From: Mycobacterium leprae TN | GTDB taxonomy: Bacteria; Actinomycetota; Actinomycetes; Mycobacteriales; Mycobacteriaceae | NCBI RefSeq assembly: GCF_000195855.1 | Contig: NC_002677.1 | Coordinates: 2,070,001 to 2,102,000 of the forward strand | Direction: 5' to 3' | Length of the DNA: 32,000 bases | In this document: in pieces, positions 31,700-32,000 of the stretch | Numbering within the stretch: the stretch's first letter is position 1 | Layout: each line of letters begins with the position of its first letter | The notes under the pieces: model-generated | What the model was told of the DNA's origin: nothing | Seen by the model: only the letters and a program-made list of their open reading frames with translations | Database searches by the model: none | Made by a program: the position numbers and the translations under genes

Positions 31700-32000
31700 T
31701 CATGGCCGCCATCATAAGCACTTAGCACTATAAGCCGGACCAGACACAGGACATCGATGCCCCCAACGCTTAACACCATCCTCAGTATGGAAACGTTCCA
31801 AGGCGCTATATTCGCCCACGACTGGAAGACAGCAATCCTAGCCAAACCACCCGCCGGTAACAGTCTCAAGCTCATCCTCGGCGACTCAGACGTTGCCCAT
31901 GCTCGGTCACTTCATCGAAGTATTCCAGGGGAGACATGGACTACGCGCTGTTCCTGTATCAAGCACACAATCCGCTGATTTATCCCGCTTCGCCGGCCCT
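31700..32000 (+). pseudogene. Possible cytochrome P450 N-terminal remnant (cyp136-like?), frameshifted, running off the window
   Basis: Fragments in three + frames: LAKPPAGNSLKLILGDS, LGHFIEVFQG, DMDYALFLYQAHNPLIY. These resemble the proline-rich PPG..L....G start of P450s. The call rests on memory and synteny only. Confidence 0.35.

Overview
I read this window as Mycobacterium leprae, or a very close relative. It is moderately GC-rich and contains a copy of the RLEP dispersed repeat: primer sites I recall from published RLEP diagnostics are present and give the expected 129-bp and 99-bp amplicons. Gene order matches, from memory, the M. tuberculosis Rv3034c-Rv3059 region.

Intact genes, mostly on the minus strand:
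- a hexapeptide transferase and a secreted beta-propeller protein
- a tightly packed chain: SAM-methyltransferase, echA17-like crotonase, Nudix protein, orphan ABC ATPase, serB2, ctaD
- fecB and adhC on the plus strand
- the class Ib ribonucleotide reductase genes nrdF2 and nrdH-nrdI-nrdE
- one intact TetR regulator and an SDR

The rest is reductive-evolution debris:
- a decayed TetR / extradiol dioxygenase / FAH-hydrolase catabolic cluster
- a TB22.2-like secreted-protein pseudogene
- a methyltransferase pseudogene split by RLEP
- a Baeyer-Villiger monooxygenase pseudogene inside the nrd cluster
- a run of FMN-reductase, TetR and dinP (DinB-type polymerase) pseudogenes
- TetR and P450 pseudogenes at the right edge
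- a 1.6-kb decayed gap between adhC and nrdF2 holding a possible BrnT/RHH toxin-antitoxin remnant

I found no CRISPR array, tRNA or rRNA gene, or transposase. I found no convincing evidence for an intact, previously undescribed multi-gene system.

Most worth checking:
- a probable hidden frameshift in the apparently intact Nudix gene
- the TA-like remnant
- candidate NrdR boxes
- several perfect palindromes and hairpins in intergenic regions

All homology calls come from motif recognition and memory, not from database searches. Pseudogene boundaries are approximate.
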